DNA from: Chloroflexota bacterium
GTDB taxonomy: Bacteria; Chloroflexota; UBA5177
Assembly (NCBI GenBank): GCA_025449555.1
Contig: JANWJD010000030.1
Location: 1-49,370 of the forward strand
Length of the DNA stretch: 49,370 nucleotides
Reading direction: 5' to 3'
The position numbers and the translations under genes are program-made. Shown here piece by piece: positions 18,941-28,540 of this stretch (its first letter is position 1; every line of letters begins with the position of its first letter). The notes under the pieces are model-generated. The model had not been told where the DNA came from and made no database searches. It saw only the letters and a list, made by a program, of their open reading frames with translations.

Positions 18941-20146
18941 TTAGATGTCTCCGACGAACCTGCCGGGACTCATGATGCGCTGTGGATCGAAGACCGATTT
19001 GACGGCACGCATTAACGTCAGCTCTGTACCCACCTCGCCCCAGGTCGAGGCATGTTCGAGGGCCGGCGAACGGCGCCACACCATTACATTTCCGCCGGAA
19101 CGCGCCGCGTCTCGGCGCAATGTAGTTACATTGTCACCGTTCCAATCGGGGGCAAAAAGGAAAGAGGTACCAATGGTGGGATACGAGAGTGCCTCCACCG
19201 AAGACGAGTCGGCGGCGCTCACATGAGGACGGGACATGCGGGCCGAGAGCCGCACGGTGGCACGGCCGGGGAAGTCTCGCATGGCTTGCATCACGGCATC
19301 TGACTCCGAATCGTCCAGCACCCGGACATTCTGAGCCGGCGCCTGGGAGCAGATCTCTGCCATCAACTCTGCTGTTGCCTCGGCCGTACCGCCCAGCAGA
19401 GCGATGGTCGACGCTCCCTCCAGCTGCATTACTCCGGCGAGTCGATCATTCACGACAGCCAGAGAGAGCAAACCGGGACCGAGCCTCGCCACGCCTACGG
19501 CGAAATCCATCGCATTCGAAACACCGGCCGCCGGGACGACGAGCGCACGCCGGGTGAGTGGAAGTGGAAACACCTTGAAGGCCGCCTCCACGATGATTCC
19601 GAGCGTGCCAAACGATCCGATGAAGAGCTTCGACAGATCGTAGCCGGCCACGTTTTTCACCACGCGCCCACCGCTTTTCGCTACGTGCCCACTGGGCAGT
19701 GCCACCCGCGTGCCGATGACCGCATCTCGTATCGAACCGTATGCCAGGCGCAACGGTCCACTCACATTCGCGGCCAGGGTACCGCCGATAGTCGCCCGTT
19801 CCGGAAACGGTGCCTGCACCGACAGGAATTGGCGGTGTGGGCGGAGTTCGGCTTCGACCTCGGCCAGGGTCGTGCCGGCGCGCACCACAATCGTGAGGTC
19901 ACCGGGGTTGTATTCCACGATGCCGGTGAGGCGGTCGGTGGCGACGGCGACCGCGTAGCGGGACGGCGCATTGCCCACATCCAGCAGCGTTGCCCCGCCA
20001 ACCGGTACAACCGCGTCCTCCGCCTGTTGGGCGGCGAGAAGCAGCTGTGCCGCCTCCCGCTCGTCGGCGGGATGGAGTACCCGCTCGGGGATCATCTCTC
20101 CGATGGAGTATTGCGCCGATTCCGCCGAAGTCGCCGCCGTCGTAAT
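18941..20146 (-). CDS. glcE: FAD-binding oxidoreductase, glycolate oxidase GlcE-like
   Basis: ATIGGTLAAN.SGP.R..YG, GGRVVKNVAGYDLSKLFIGSFGTLG and FDPQRIMSPGRF. The first canonical ATG is at 20095; the likely start is ATT at 20146, 7 nt after GGAGGT. Confidence 0.85.
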   Translation of the reverse strand: MTTAATSAESAQYSIGEMIPERVLHPADEREAAQLLLAAQQAEDAVVPVGGATLLDVGNAPSRYAVAVATDRLTGIVEYNPGDLTIVVRAGTTLAEVEAELRPHRQFLSVQAPFPERATIGGTLAANVSGPLRLAYGSIRDAVIGTRVALPSGHVAKSGGRVVKNVAGYDLSKLFIGSFGTLGIIVEAAFKVFPLPLTRRALVVPAAGVSNAMDFAVGVARLGPGLLSLAVVNDRLAGVMQLEGASTIALLGGTAEATAELMAEICSQAPAQNVRVLDDSESDAVMQAMRDFPGRATVRLSARMSRPHVSAADSSSVEALSYPTIGTSFLFAPDWNGDNVTTLRRDAARSGGNVMVWRRSPALEHASTWGEVGTELTLMRAVKSVFDPQRIMSPGRFVGDI

Positions 20147-20179
20147 CGCCCTTACCTCCCGATGCCATCCATCGTATAC

Positions 20180-20227
20180 AAAAAAGGCCGCGACCCTTGC
20201 GAACGCAAGTTCGCCTGGATCGCGGCC
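20180..20227 (-). terminator. Intrinsic terminator after trxA
   Basis: Minus strand GGCCGCGATC...GGTCGCGGCC followed by T6. Confidence 0.8.
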
Positions 20228-20245
20228 CTCTGAAGCTCGATGGAG

Positions 20246-20587
20246 TTAGGCGGTAGCGGTAGCACCAATATGGGGCCGAACCTTGCCGAGCAAGCGCTCT
20301 TTGGGCATGTACCCTACGATGCGCTCTACCGGTTCGCCGTTCTTGAACAGAATCAAAGTGGGAATACTCTGCACACCGAACTTCATCATCGTCTTGGGAT
20401 TGGCGTCCACGTCGAGCTTGACGATTTTCAGGTTGTCAGAATACTCGTCAACCATGGACTCAAGGATGGGAGCGATCATGCGGCACGGGCCGCACCACTC
20501 TGCCCAGAAGTCGACCAGGACAGGCTTGGATGCATCGACGACCTCGCTCTGAAACGAGTTGTCAGATATGGCAACAGGATGGGACAT
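20246..20587 (-). CDS. trxA: Thioredoxin
   Basis: VDFWAEWCGPC, SIPTL and FKNG. Confidence 0.97.
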   Translation of the reverse strand: MSHPVAISDNSFQSEVVDASKPVLVDFWAEWCGPCRMIAPILESMVDEYSDNLKIVKLDVDANPKTMMKFGVQSIPTLILFKNGEPVERIVGYMPKERLLGKVRPHIGATATA

Positions 20588-20609
20588 TCGAATCTCCTCT
20601 CAGGAATCT

Positions 20610-20656
20610 TTACTAACCAGTATATAGTAACTACCACTTTGATAGCAACGTGCTAT
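20610..20656. promoter_or_regulatory. Candidate HxlR-family operator repeats between trxA and the regulator
   Basis: TTACTA-N9-TAGTAA (20610-20630), CTACCA-N3-TGATAG (20631-20645) and ATAGCA-N3-TGCTAT (20642-20656) in an AT-rich spacer. Confidence 0.55.
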
Positions 20657-20687
20657 AGTAAGGGATGAAGGCTAGGAGGTGCATGGA

Positions 20688-21032
20688 ATGGGCCGGGTGA
20701 AAACGCGACATGCATCCGTCTGCCCGATTGCCAATGCGGCTCGGCTCCTGGGAGACCGGTGGACCCTCGTCATTTTGCGCGATCTGGCGGAAGGTTCGAT
20801 GCGCTTCTCCGAACTCGAGGACGCCTCGGGTGGTATTAGTCCCCGCACATTGGCGGACCGGCTGCGCCAAATGGACGGCGATGGAATGATTCAGCGTGAG
20901 TCATTTCGCGAAATCCCGCCGCGTGTGCAGTACACGCTCACAGCCAAAGGGGTCGCGGCCCTGCCTGTCATCGAGGCGCTACGTGCATTCGGAGATGCAT
21001 GGCTGACCGACGCGGAAAAAGAGTGCTGTTAG
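20688..21032 (+). CDS. HxlR/DUF24 (HypR/YodB-like) winged-helix regulator
   Basis: CPI...LLGDRWTLVILRDL, RFSEL and EIPPRVQYTLT; AGGAGGT RBS; ends in Cys-Cys. Confidence 0.92.
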   Translation: MGRVKTRHASVCPIANAARLLGDRWTLVILRDLAEGSMRFSELEDASGGISPRTLADRLRQMDGDGMIQRESFREIPPRVQYTLTAKGVAALPVIEALRAFGDAWLTDAEKECC

Positions 21033-21147
21033 CGCGATTGGATTGAAGTCGGATCCGCCTTCACCAATTGGATCGCGATGCGACCCCGAAGCGTCGTAGC
21101 CTGCGAGGCGTACTGTACAATTCCTCCTGCCCCTGGAGGACCGAGCT

Positions 21148-22713
21148 ATGCGCTTCATCATCCCGTTGTTGGTGCTCGCCCTGTTCATTGACGGCTGTGG
21201 CTCGAAGAGCCCGACGGTCGTTGGTCAGGCAGGTCCTACAACGCAACCAGCAACGACAACCGTGCAGTGGGGATTGGCAGGCATTTCCGATGTCCCCACG
21301 CTCGATCCCGCTCTGGCTTCGGATCCTACGTCGATCAGCGTGGCATCGCTGGTATACGGCGGATTGGTACGGTTCGATCAACACTTACGGGTCCAACCTG
21401 ACGGCGCTTCACACTGGACTATTTCGCGCAACGGGAAGACCTACACCTTCTTCCTGCGCCGCAACCTGCGGTACGCCGACGGCAGCAAAGTAACGGCGAA
21501 TGATTTTGTGGCCGCCCTGGACCGTGCCCTCGGCCCGGAAGGGCCGGCCGGAACAGCTCCGTTTTACCTTCAGCTGATCGTCGGGAGCACTTCCGGCACG
21601 AAGCCACGCGGCATCGTAGCCGTGAATTCCTCGACGGTGCGTATCACGCTGACGCGGCCCGCCGCACACTTCCTGTCGGAGCTCGCGTTTCCGGCCGCGT
21701 TTGTGCCTCAGCCGACACTTGTGTCAAAGTTCGGCACTTCGTGGACCGATCACGCCATGGGCTTCGGTCCCTACATGGTGAATGTCTGGCGCCACAGTCG
21801 CTACCTAACCCTGGTGCAGAATCCGCATTACTACGGCGGTACGGTTGCGCCACGCCGCATTACGCTCCGCTTTTACCCGCAGCGGAACGCCGTGACCGCA
21901 TACGATCGCGGCGCACTTGACGTCGTTTCAGGGCTGCCGGCCGGTGAAACGCTCGGTTCCCATCCACCCGGGACACAACGACTTCCGGCACTCGCACTCG
22001 ACTACCTCGCATTGAATACCTCCCGACTGCCGTTCAAGCGACTCAATACCCGACGGGCCTTCGCAGCCGCGATTCAACCGGGTGTGGCCCGCCTCACCAT
22101 GGGCGCAAGCGTGTTTCCCAGTAGCGGTCTCGTTCCGTCCGCGCTCGACATGCCGCTTGCAAGATGGTCGGCCTCGGCCTCGGCGTCCACATACCTGGCG
22201 CGTGCCAGGTATCCGCATGGCAATAAGTTTCCGCCGATCGTTCTGGTGCTTCCCCAGGACGCACATCTGCACGCGCTGGCCCGTGCGCTAAAACTCGACT
22301 GGTTTCGCACCTTGAAGGTTGATGTTCGGATCCAACCGGTCAATGCCACCAACTACACGCAGATATTGAACGCCCACGCTTTTGACCTGGCCCTCGTGCG
22401 ATGGGGTGGTGATTATCCGGACTCACAAGATTTTCTGGGAACGCAACTCGGCGCCTCGCCGTACAACGTCACCGGGTGGTCCAAGCCGAGCTACAACGCG
22501 GCGGTGCAGCTTGCCGACTCGTACAGCCCCTTGGATCCGCGGCGTCAAACGCTGTTGAAACACGCGGCATTCGTCGCGACCCGTTCACTTCCCATCATCC
22601 CCCTGGATGAGCCGGCGGTGACAGCCATCATCCGGCCCGGGCTGCAGGGATTCGCCCTCACCGCGCTCGGCACGATTGTCATCCGGCACGCTGCGCCGGC
22701 AATCACTCGCTGA
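21148..22713 (+). CDS. OppA/family-5 ABC substrate-binding lipoprotein
   Basis: Lipobox-like IDGC, TLDPA, YTFFLR....DGS.VTA.DF, GPY and W.GDYPD. Confidence 0.88.
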   Translation: MRFIIPLLVLALFIDGCGSKSPTVVGQAGPTTQPATTTVQWGLAGISDVPTLDPALASDPTSISVASLVYGGLVRFDQHLRVQPDGASHWTISRNGKTYTFFLRRNLRYADGSKVTANDFVAALDRALGPEGPAGTAPFYLQLIVGSTSGTKPRGIVAVNSSTVRITLTRPAAHFLSELAFPAAFVPQPTLVSKFGTSWTDHAMGFGPYMVNVWRHSRYLTLVQNPHYYGGTVAPRRITLRFYPQRNAVTAYDRGALDVVSGLPAGETLGSHPPGTQRLPALALDYLALNTSRLPFKRLNTRRAFAAAIQPGVARLTMGASVFPSSGLVPSALDMPLARWSASASASTYLARARYPHGNKFPPIVLVLPQDAHLHALARALKLDWFRTLKVDVRIQPVNATNYTQILNAHAFDLALVRWGGDYPDSQDFLGTQLGASPYNVTGWSKPSYNAAVQLADSYSPLDPRRQTLLKHAAFVATRSLPIIPLDEPAVTAIIRPGLQGFALTALGTIVIRHAAPAITR

Positions 22714-23215
22714 CGCGTCGGCCCGCCTGGATATCGAGCGGTTCCTCGTGCACTACATGTTCCATGGCAGCGGGTAACCGGCGCAGTGCAGAGGTCAGGA
22801 ACGTGGGCACGAGCTTGACATCGTCCAGATGTTCCAGCGGAAACCACTTGAAGGTGAGAGGTGCTACATCTGCCTCCAGGCCCGTGTAGATTTCTGTCTT
22901 GTTCAGATACGACGAGCCGACAGGTAGATCTATGAGGTAATAGAGGCCGAGTTCGTGAAACTGGCGGGTTTCGAACTTAAAGAAGTTTTCGACGACCCAG
23001 AGCACGCGGCGGACGCACACCGTGACACCCAATTCTTCCTGCATCTCACGAACGACAGTGGTCCGCGACGATTCGAGTATCTCTGCCCTACCGCCCGGCA
23101 GCGACCAGAAGTTCTCATAGTCGGCGCGATGGAGCAGGACGTATCCATCGTCAATGCACACGGCAACGATCCGATAGCTAAAGCGTCGTCCTGGCTCAAA
23201 ATCCAACGAGATCAC
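22703..23215 (-). CDS. NUDIX hydrolase
   Basis: WSLPGGRAEILES....VREMQEELG Nudix box; GTG start overlaps the upstream stop (GTGA). Confidence 0.88.
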   Translation of the reverse strand: MISLDFEPGRRFSYRIVAVCIDDGYVLLHRADYENFWSLPGGRAEILESSRTTVVREMQEELGVTVCVRRVLWVVENFFKFETRQFHELGLYYLIDLPVGSSYLNKTEIYTGLEADVAPLTFKWFPLEHLDDVKLVPTFLTSALRRLPAAMEHVVHEEPLDIQAGRRVSE

Positions 23216-24402
23216 GCGCGCTGAACCTCGATGCCGGACGCCGGCCGAGAACAGAACTCGAACGCCATCCGGGTGAGGATTTCGGCGCAATTCTCCACCT
23301 CGGACAGTGAGGCATACTCCGTCGTCGCGTGCGCACCCGCCCCTCCCGGGCCAAAAACCACCGTGGGAATCCCGGCAGCCGACAGTAGGGCCGCATCCAT
23401 CCAAGGTGTGTCTCCGTACGTTTCTGGGGACTCGCCGGTCACCGACCGCGCAGCTCCCTCTAGGGCACGCACTACCAGTTCCTCTGACGCCACCTCGAAC
23501 GGCTCCCTCCAGACGGTGAGTCGAAAGGTACCGTTGAAACGGTCATCGCGGGCATGGAGACGATCGAGCAGTTCTACGATTTCACGGATCACACCGGCCT
23601 CAGTCTCCCCTGGAATAGTTCGACGTTCAACCTGGAGACGACACAATTCCGGATAACTACTCAACTCCTGTCCGCCTTCGATCAGCGACGCATGAACCGA
23701 GCCGGTTCCGAGGAGCGCATGTCCTGTCCTCGCGGCGAGCACCATCCCCAGACCCTCGAGTTCGCTCAGGAAGCGCCCCATGTGCGCAATGGCGTCCACT
23801 CCCAATTCCGGTTTACTCCCATGCGCGGCTCGTCCTCGCGTCTCGATCTCCAGCCAGGCGAACCCTTTGTGAGCCAGACAGAGGCGTAGACCGGTGGGCT
23901 CCGTGACCACCGCGCCGTCGGTCTTGAGCTTCTTCACAACCGCCTGCGTGCCCAGGCTGGCGTACTCTTCGTCCATCACCGCGGCGACCAACACATCGCC
24001 CTCGGCTCCGCCGGCCTGCGCCACGCTTCTGCCGGCCAACATGGCGGCGGCCAGTCCGGCCTTCATGTCATAGGCGCCACGCCCGAACAGGCGGTCTCCT
24101 TCGATGCGTGGCCGGAGAGGATGCGCCATACCGACGACGCCCACGGTGTCGAGATGAGCGTTGAGCATGAGGCTACGACCACCCGAGTGCCCCGCCACCC
24201 GTGCCACCACGTTGGGCCTACCGGGCAACACTTCGACGATTTCGACGTCGAGCCCATGCCTGGACAGCCATTCCGCCACGAAACGTGCAATCTCCCCTTC
24301 ACCAGCGGCACCCGGCACAAGTGAGGGATTGACTGAGTCGATCGCGACCAGATCCGACAACAAGGAAGCAACATCGTCACGTTGCAAACGCTGGTACGCC
24401 AT
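23212..24402 (-). CDS. ArgE/DapE-family M20 deacylase
   Basis: NAHLDTV, GRGAYDMK, DEE, TEPT, GRAAHGS and GAH. Confidence 0.92.
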   Translation of the reverse strand: MAYQRLQRDDVASLLSDLVAIDSVNPSLVPGAAGEGEIARFVAEWLSRHGLDVEIVEVLPGRPNVVARVAGHSGGRSLMLNAHLDTVGVVGMAHPLRPRIEGDRLFGRGAYDMKAGLAAAMLAGRSVAQAGGAEGDVLVAAVMDEEYASLGTQAVVKKLKTDGAVVTEPTGLRLCLAHKGFAWLEIETRGRAAHGSKPELGVDAIAHMGRFLSELEGLGMVLAARTGHALLGTGSVHASLIEGGQELSSYPELCRLQVERRTIPGETEAGVIREIVELLDRLHARDDRFNGTFRLTVWREPFEVASEELVVRALEGAARSVTGESPETYGDTPWMDAALLSAAGIPTVVFGPGGAGAHATTEYASLSEVENCAEILTRMAFEFCSRPASGIEVQRA

Positions 24403-24677
24403 GCGCGCGACGCTCCTTTGCCCACAGTATCACGCCGCAAATGCTGCCACGATATGTGCACAATGGTGTCTCACCACCGGTCAAGACTGCTCGACCCGAC
24501 TGCCGCGCTCAACCTTCGACGGTTCGAGACATCTTTGACGTTAGTGTGTTACAAGATGCGGCCATTCAGCGTTGAGTCTTTTGAGGGAGACAATATTTTC
24601 AATCGAAAAGGTCGACCGAGACTGACGAGCGACGGCTCTCAGGGTGTGGAAACGGTTCTCGTGTTCAGGAGGAAGCA

Positions 24678-25943
24678 TTGGACAGATCGTGGGTAGCGGG
24701 TATACGCATCATGTGCCTGGCACTCTTCATAGCAGTAGCCGGGCAAACTCTGCAGCCGGCTCACACGTTCGCGGCCGGCGAAGCGATTACAGTCACTCCC
24801 AATTCAGGAACAGTCGGCAGCTTATTTACGGTCAACGGTAGCGGATTCGCAACCAGTTTGGTCTCGGTCTATTTCAACGGCACGTTTCTTGGCAATGCGG
24901 GCGTGTCGGGCGGAAACCTCGTCAATGCGACGTTCCAGGTTCCTAATGTGGCGGCCAATCAGATGTATAGCGTCGCCGTGGCGAGTGGACCTTTGAACTT
25001 TTCCCAGAGCGCCAATTACACCGTGGTGGCCAGCACTACCTCGCTCGGTAATTTCGGATTGAGCAAGTTTGTCCAGACCAGCTCCGGCTTCACGTCCTGT
25101 CCAAACGGCGGAGGCTGCACGATCCAGAACTCGGCAGGCGCTACTGAGACCTACGCCGTTCAGTACCAGAACACGGCGAACGCAGCGATCGCACAGTTGA
25201 CAATCACCGACACGCTGCAAGCCGGCCAGACCTTGGTCAATGCCTCGGCCGGGTGCACGGCGAGTGCCACCTCGCCCATGGTCGTCACGTGCACGGTGTC
25301 AAACGTGCCGGCGAGCCCTCAAAATGGTTCGACCAATAGCGTATTGATCACGACCCGACCGGCGGCCGGGTTCGCGGGCGTTATGACGAATCAAGCATGT
25401 GCGACGGAATTGGGGTTTGTGGGCCAAGCGTGTTCCAACACCACGTACTTAACGGTAGGTGGCACCGCGGCAGTCGGCACCGGGACGCAAATCTGCGGTC
25501 TGGTGACCTTCTACACTCCGCCATCGCTCTTTACTAACTCGTACGGACCGATCACGATTGGCGGGCAAACCTTCACGATCGCTCCCAATGCGCAGATTTC
25601 GAGCACGATCACGATCCAGCCTCCGGCCAACAACGTTTGCATCACGTTCACCTTCGTGAACCAGGCGGCTACCGTGCTGACCGTCACGCCGAATCTGGCA
25701 ACCTCGAATGTGGTGTGTGGGATTCTCACGCTTCTGTCACCGAGCACGTCAACCATCGCGGTAGGCAATATCTCCTATCCCGCGCTCGGCAGTGTGACGT
25801 CAGGAACCCTCCTGGTACTTGGGCAGTCGTACTGCTTCCTGATCCAGAACAACACCATCGTGGGAGTCTTGACCGGTGTTCCCACTGAAGCGCATGCCGT
25901 GGCCGGTGCCGGTTACCACCGCGGCCTCATGATCGCCGAATAA
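24678..25943 (+). CDS. Secreted Thr/Ser/Gly-rich multi-domain beta-sheet protein (Ig-like plus DUF11-like)
   Basis: AGGAGG RBS with TTG start; signal peptide ending TFA; ITVTP..G..G..FTV.G.GF Ig-like start; DUF11-like TYAVQYQNT..LTITDTL; paired Cys residues. Confidence 0.75.
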   Translation: MDRSWVAGIRIMCLALFIAVAGQTLQPAHTFAAGEAITVTPNSGTVGSLFTVNGSGFATSLVSVYFNGTFLGNAGVSGGNLVNATFQVPNVAANQMYSVAVASGPLNFSQSANYTVVASTTSLGNFGLSKFVQTSSGFTSCPNGGGCTIQNSAGATETYAVQYQNTANAAIAQLTITDTLQAGQTLVNASAGCTASATSPMVVTCTVSNVPASPQNGSTNSVLITTRPAAGFAGVMTNQACATELGFVGQACSNTTYLTVGGTAAVGTGTQICGLVTFYTPPSLFTNSYGPITIGGQTFTIAPNAQISSTITIQPPANNVCITFTFVNQAATVLTVTPNLATSNVVCGILTLLSPSTSTIAVGNISYPALGSVTSGTLLVLGQSYCFLIQNNTIVGVLTGVPTEAHAVAGAGYHRGLMIAE

Positions 25944-25963
25944 GGTCAACCGACCCTGAGGGG

Positions 25964-25991
25964 AGAGGGCGTGGCCCCGGCCACGCCCTCT
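25964..25991. terminator. GC-rich hairpin between convergent genes
   Basis: AGAGGGCGTGGC-CCCG-GCCACGCCCTCT 12-bp stem; weak U-tail. Confidence 0.65.
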
Positions 25992-26088
25992 GTCTATTCG
26001 ACTGAATTGCGGGCACCCTCGGATGTCGCGTGGTGTGCCACGGGACGGTGAGTCGATCTGCTGCTGGACAAGCGATGAGGCAGACCGG

Positions 26089-26766
26089 CTACAGTTGCAT
26101 GAATCCGTGTCGAAGCGCGTACACCACCGCCTGAGCTCGATCACGCAATTCCGCTTTGCTGAAGATATTGTTGATGTGCGTCTTTACGGTCGCCTCTGAT
26201 ACGACGAGGCGCTGCGCAATTTCGCTATTGCTGAGCCCTTCTGCGATCAAGCACAGCACCTCAGCTTCACGGGAAGTAATCCCGTCGGGATATGCCGGCT
26301 CGGAACTCGAGCGACGCGCCGGCATGCCACGAACCTGCTGAATCAGGCGGCGCTGCACGGTTGGATCGAGCAGTGCCTCGCCGGAGTGGACGGTCCGGAT
26401 CGCCTCCTGGATCTCACGAGCGCCGGCATCCTTGGTGAGATACCCCATCGCGCCCGCTTCGAGCGCGCCGAAGATGGATTCATCATCGGCATACGTGGTG
26501 AGAACCACCACGTGAGTCGATGGATGTTCGCGCACGATACGACGCGTGGCCTCGACTCCATCGCACCGGGGCATTCTCAGGTCCATGAGGACGACATCGG
26601 GTTTGACCTCGGCGACCAGCCGGATAGCCTGGTCGCCGTCGTTTGCCGTAGCCACGACCTCGATTCCCGGGCTCAACCCAAGCAGCATCTCGAGCCCCTC
26701 GCGAATGAGCGCCTGGTCATCCGCAATCAGGACGCGGATCGGTCGCTCGGATCGGTCGGTAACCAT
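26089..26766 (-). CDS. NarL/LuxR-family response regulator
   Basis: ADDQ, VLMDLRMP, LTT, GYLTKD and HTH REAEVL..IAEG.SN.EIA..L.VSEATVKTH. Confidence 0.96.
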   Translation of the reverse strand: MVTDRSERPIRVLIADDQALIREGLEMLLGLSPGIEVVATANDGDQAIRLVAEVKPDVVLMDLRMPRCDGVEATRRIVREHPSTHVVVLTTYADDESIFGALEAGAMGYLTKDAGAREIQEAIRTVHSGEALLDPTVQRRLIQQVRGMPARRSSSEPAYPDGITSREAEVLCLIAEGLSNSEIAQRLVVSEATVKTHINNIFSKAELRDRAQAVVYALRHGFMQL

Positions 26767-27935
26767 AGACAGACCCTGAAACCTCCGGCCGTGGGACCGG
26801 CCTCCAACTTTCCATGAAGAAGCTCAGCTCGCTCACGCATCCCGGCTACCCCGTACCCGCCGCCTGGAAGGTGAGAGGTAACAGAGACACCTTCATTCTC
26901 AATCACCAATTCGACGGTGTCCACCGTGCTGCGCAGCGTGATGTCGACCACGGAGGAATCCGCATGTTTGCGCACGTTGGTCAACGCTTCCTGGGCGATC
27001 CGGTACAAGGCAAGTCTAGCGTCAGCAGACAGTTCAACCGGCGTCCCCTCGATGCGCAGGCGACATTGCGCGCCGGTGTCGCGCTCGAATTCCTGAGCAA
27101 GCTGAGGCAAAAGATCCGGACCCGGGAGTGTCTCCCCTCGCAGCGACCCGACGGCGCGCCGTGCCTCACCCAGTCCCTCCTTTGCGAGACCCGAAGTCCG
27201 GTTAAGAGCGGTCACCACGGCTGGATCGCACGCGCGCTGCTCAGCCAACAGGCGGGCGCCCTCCAACTGAAGACTGAGTGCCGACAGGGTATGCGCCAGC
27301 ACGTCGTGCATCTCTCTTGCCAGGTGCGCGCGCTCATCGAGCGCCGCAGCCCGAATCACCGCATCGCGTCCCTCCAGGACCTCTTGAAGCAGTTCCTGAG
27401 TCCTCTGTTGCTCCACTCGTAGGCGACGCATCGCGGTGGACCCCAGGTAGGTGAAGAGAAGAGCAGGTATCAATGACACGATCGCGAGCAACGAAAGAGG
27501 ATGCGGGCTGATGGCACTGGCAGCCAGGAAACCGATGCCGCTCAGCCCTGCTGCAACACGCGCCAGGTCCGAGTCAAGTCTGAGGCTCGCCACGGCGATC
27601 GAAGCCACGACGGCGACGAATGCGCCGTTGCCCGGCGCCAGGAACTGCATCGCAACCGCTGCCAGGCCGCTGACCACGATGAGTTTTCCGGCCGTGGGGC
27701 GGGTGACTACGAACGAGAATGTCCCCAAAAAGACGACAGCGCTGATCCAGGCGGCTGCGCCTCGGACGGTTAGCGACTGTGGGACGGCCCCAACCATCCC
27801 ATATATCACCGACAACCAGCAGGCCATAAGCAGGACTCGACCGACCCGGGGTGGGACGATCGAGCCTGGTGTGGTCATGGTCGGTGATGCGTTCGCCGGG
27901 AGAGTGTGTCGAAGAAAACGGATCAGCATCTGCAA
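26727..27935 (-). CDS. HisKA_3 intramembrane-sensing histidine kinase
   Basis: About 5 TM helices, ERAHLAREMHDVLAH, QEALTNVRKHA and GYGVAGMRER; start uncertain. Confidence 0.93.
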   Translation of the reverse strand: MQMLIRFLRHTLPANASPTMTTPGSIVPPRVGRVLLMACWLSVIYGMVGAVPQSLTVRGAAAWISAVVFLGTFSFVVTRPTAGKLIVVSGLAAVAMQFLAPGNGAFVAVVASIAVASLRLDSDLARVAAGLSGIGFLAASAISPHPLSLLAIVSLIPALLFTYLGSTAMRRLRVEQQRTQELLQEVLEGRDAVIRAAALDERAHLAREMHDVLAHTLSALSLQLEGARLLAEQRACDPAVVTALNRTSGLAKEGLGEARRAVGSLRGETLPGPDLLPQLAQEFERDTGAQCRLRIEGTPVELSADARLALYRIAQEALTNVRKHADSSVVDITLRSTVDTVELVIENEGVSVTSHLPGGGYGVAGMRERAELLHGKLEAGPTAGGFRVCLWLPTDPSDRSAS

Positions 27936-27973
27936 GCCCCAGTTTCGCGCATCATCAGTGTGCAGTGTGTTGA

Positions 27974-28501
27974 TTACGACTCGAGAGCCGAACCCACCGT
28001 AGACGGTCGTACCAGCAGCAAGGCACGAACCGCAACCACCAGGGTCCGAGTCAGTACCATCGACAGTGCCATGAAGACGAAGGCGGCAGTCCAGGCGGCG
28101 GAGCTGGTGATCTGATGCTGGATGGAAAATTGCGCGACCTGGTGTGACCAGAGATTGGAAGCGGCCCAGGCAAACGCCAGCCGTCCGCCGAACACGATTG
28201 CCCAGAGGGCAGCGTACGTGATTCCCGCCTCCGTCACGATCGAGCCCGTCTGATCGTCGCGCTCGACGTCCATGAAGCCCGCGGCGAGGATGCCACAGAG
28301 GGCGCCGGCGAGGCTCAGAGTAACTTCGAAGTCGAGGTCGCCTCCGACCGTCGGAACTCCTTGGAGGTAATGGTAGCCCACGAGGACGACGGCCACGAAG
28401 GGGAGCAAGAGACGGCGAAGGGTGAGACGGCGGCGCCCCATCTGGGTGGCGATGATGAAGGTCGCGAGGCCGGCAAAGGTGACGATTTCGGTGGTGTTCA
28501 T
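27974..28501 (-). CDS. Membrane protein (DUF1453/CcdC-like), first gene of the two-component operon
   Basis: About 5 hydrophobic segments; AGGAGG RBS; RLLLP and R.A motifs. The family call is tentative. Confidence 0.7.
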   Translation of the reverse strand: MNTTEIVTFAGLATFIIATQMGRRRLTLRRLLLPFVAVVLVGYHYLQGVPTVGGDLDFEVTLSLAGALCGILAAGFMDVERDDQTGSIVTEAGITYAALWAIVFGGRLAFAWAASNLWSHQVAQFSIQHQITSSAAWTAAFVFMALSMVLTRTLVVAVRALLLVRPSTVGSALES

Positions 28502-28540
28502 CTCGATCCTCCTGGAGTAATCATTGTTTCTACGGGTTTC

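Noticed and set aside
19899-20168. 89-aa Gly-rich ORF overlapping the glcE start
   Set aside because: It has no RBS and overlaps glcE out of frame. Its 5' part is better explained as the glcE SD and N-terminus.
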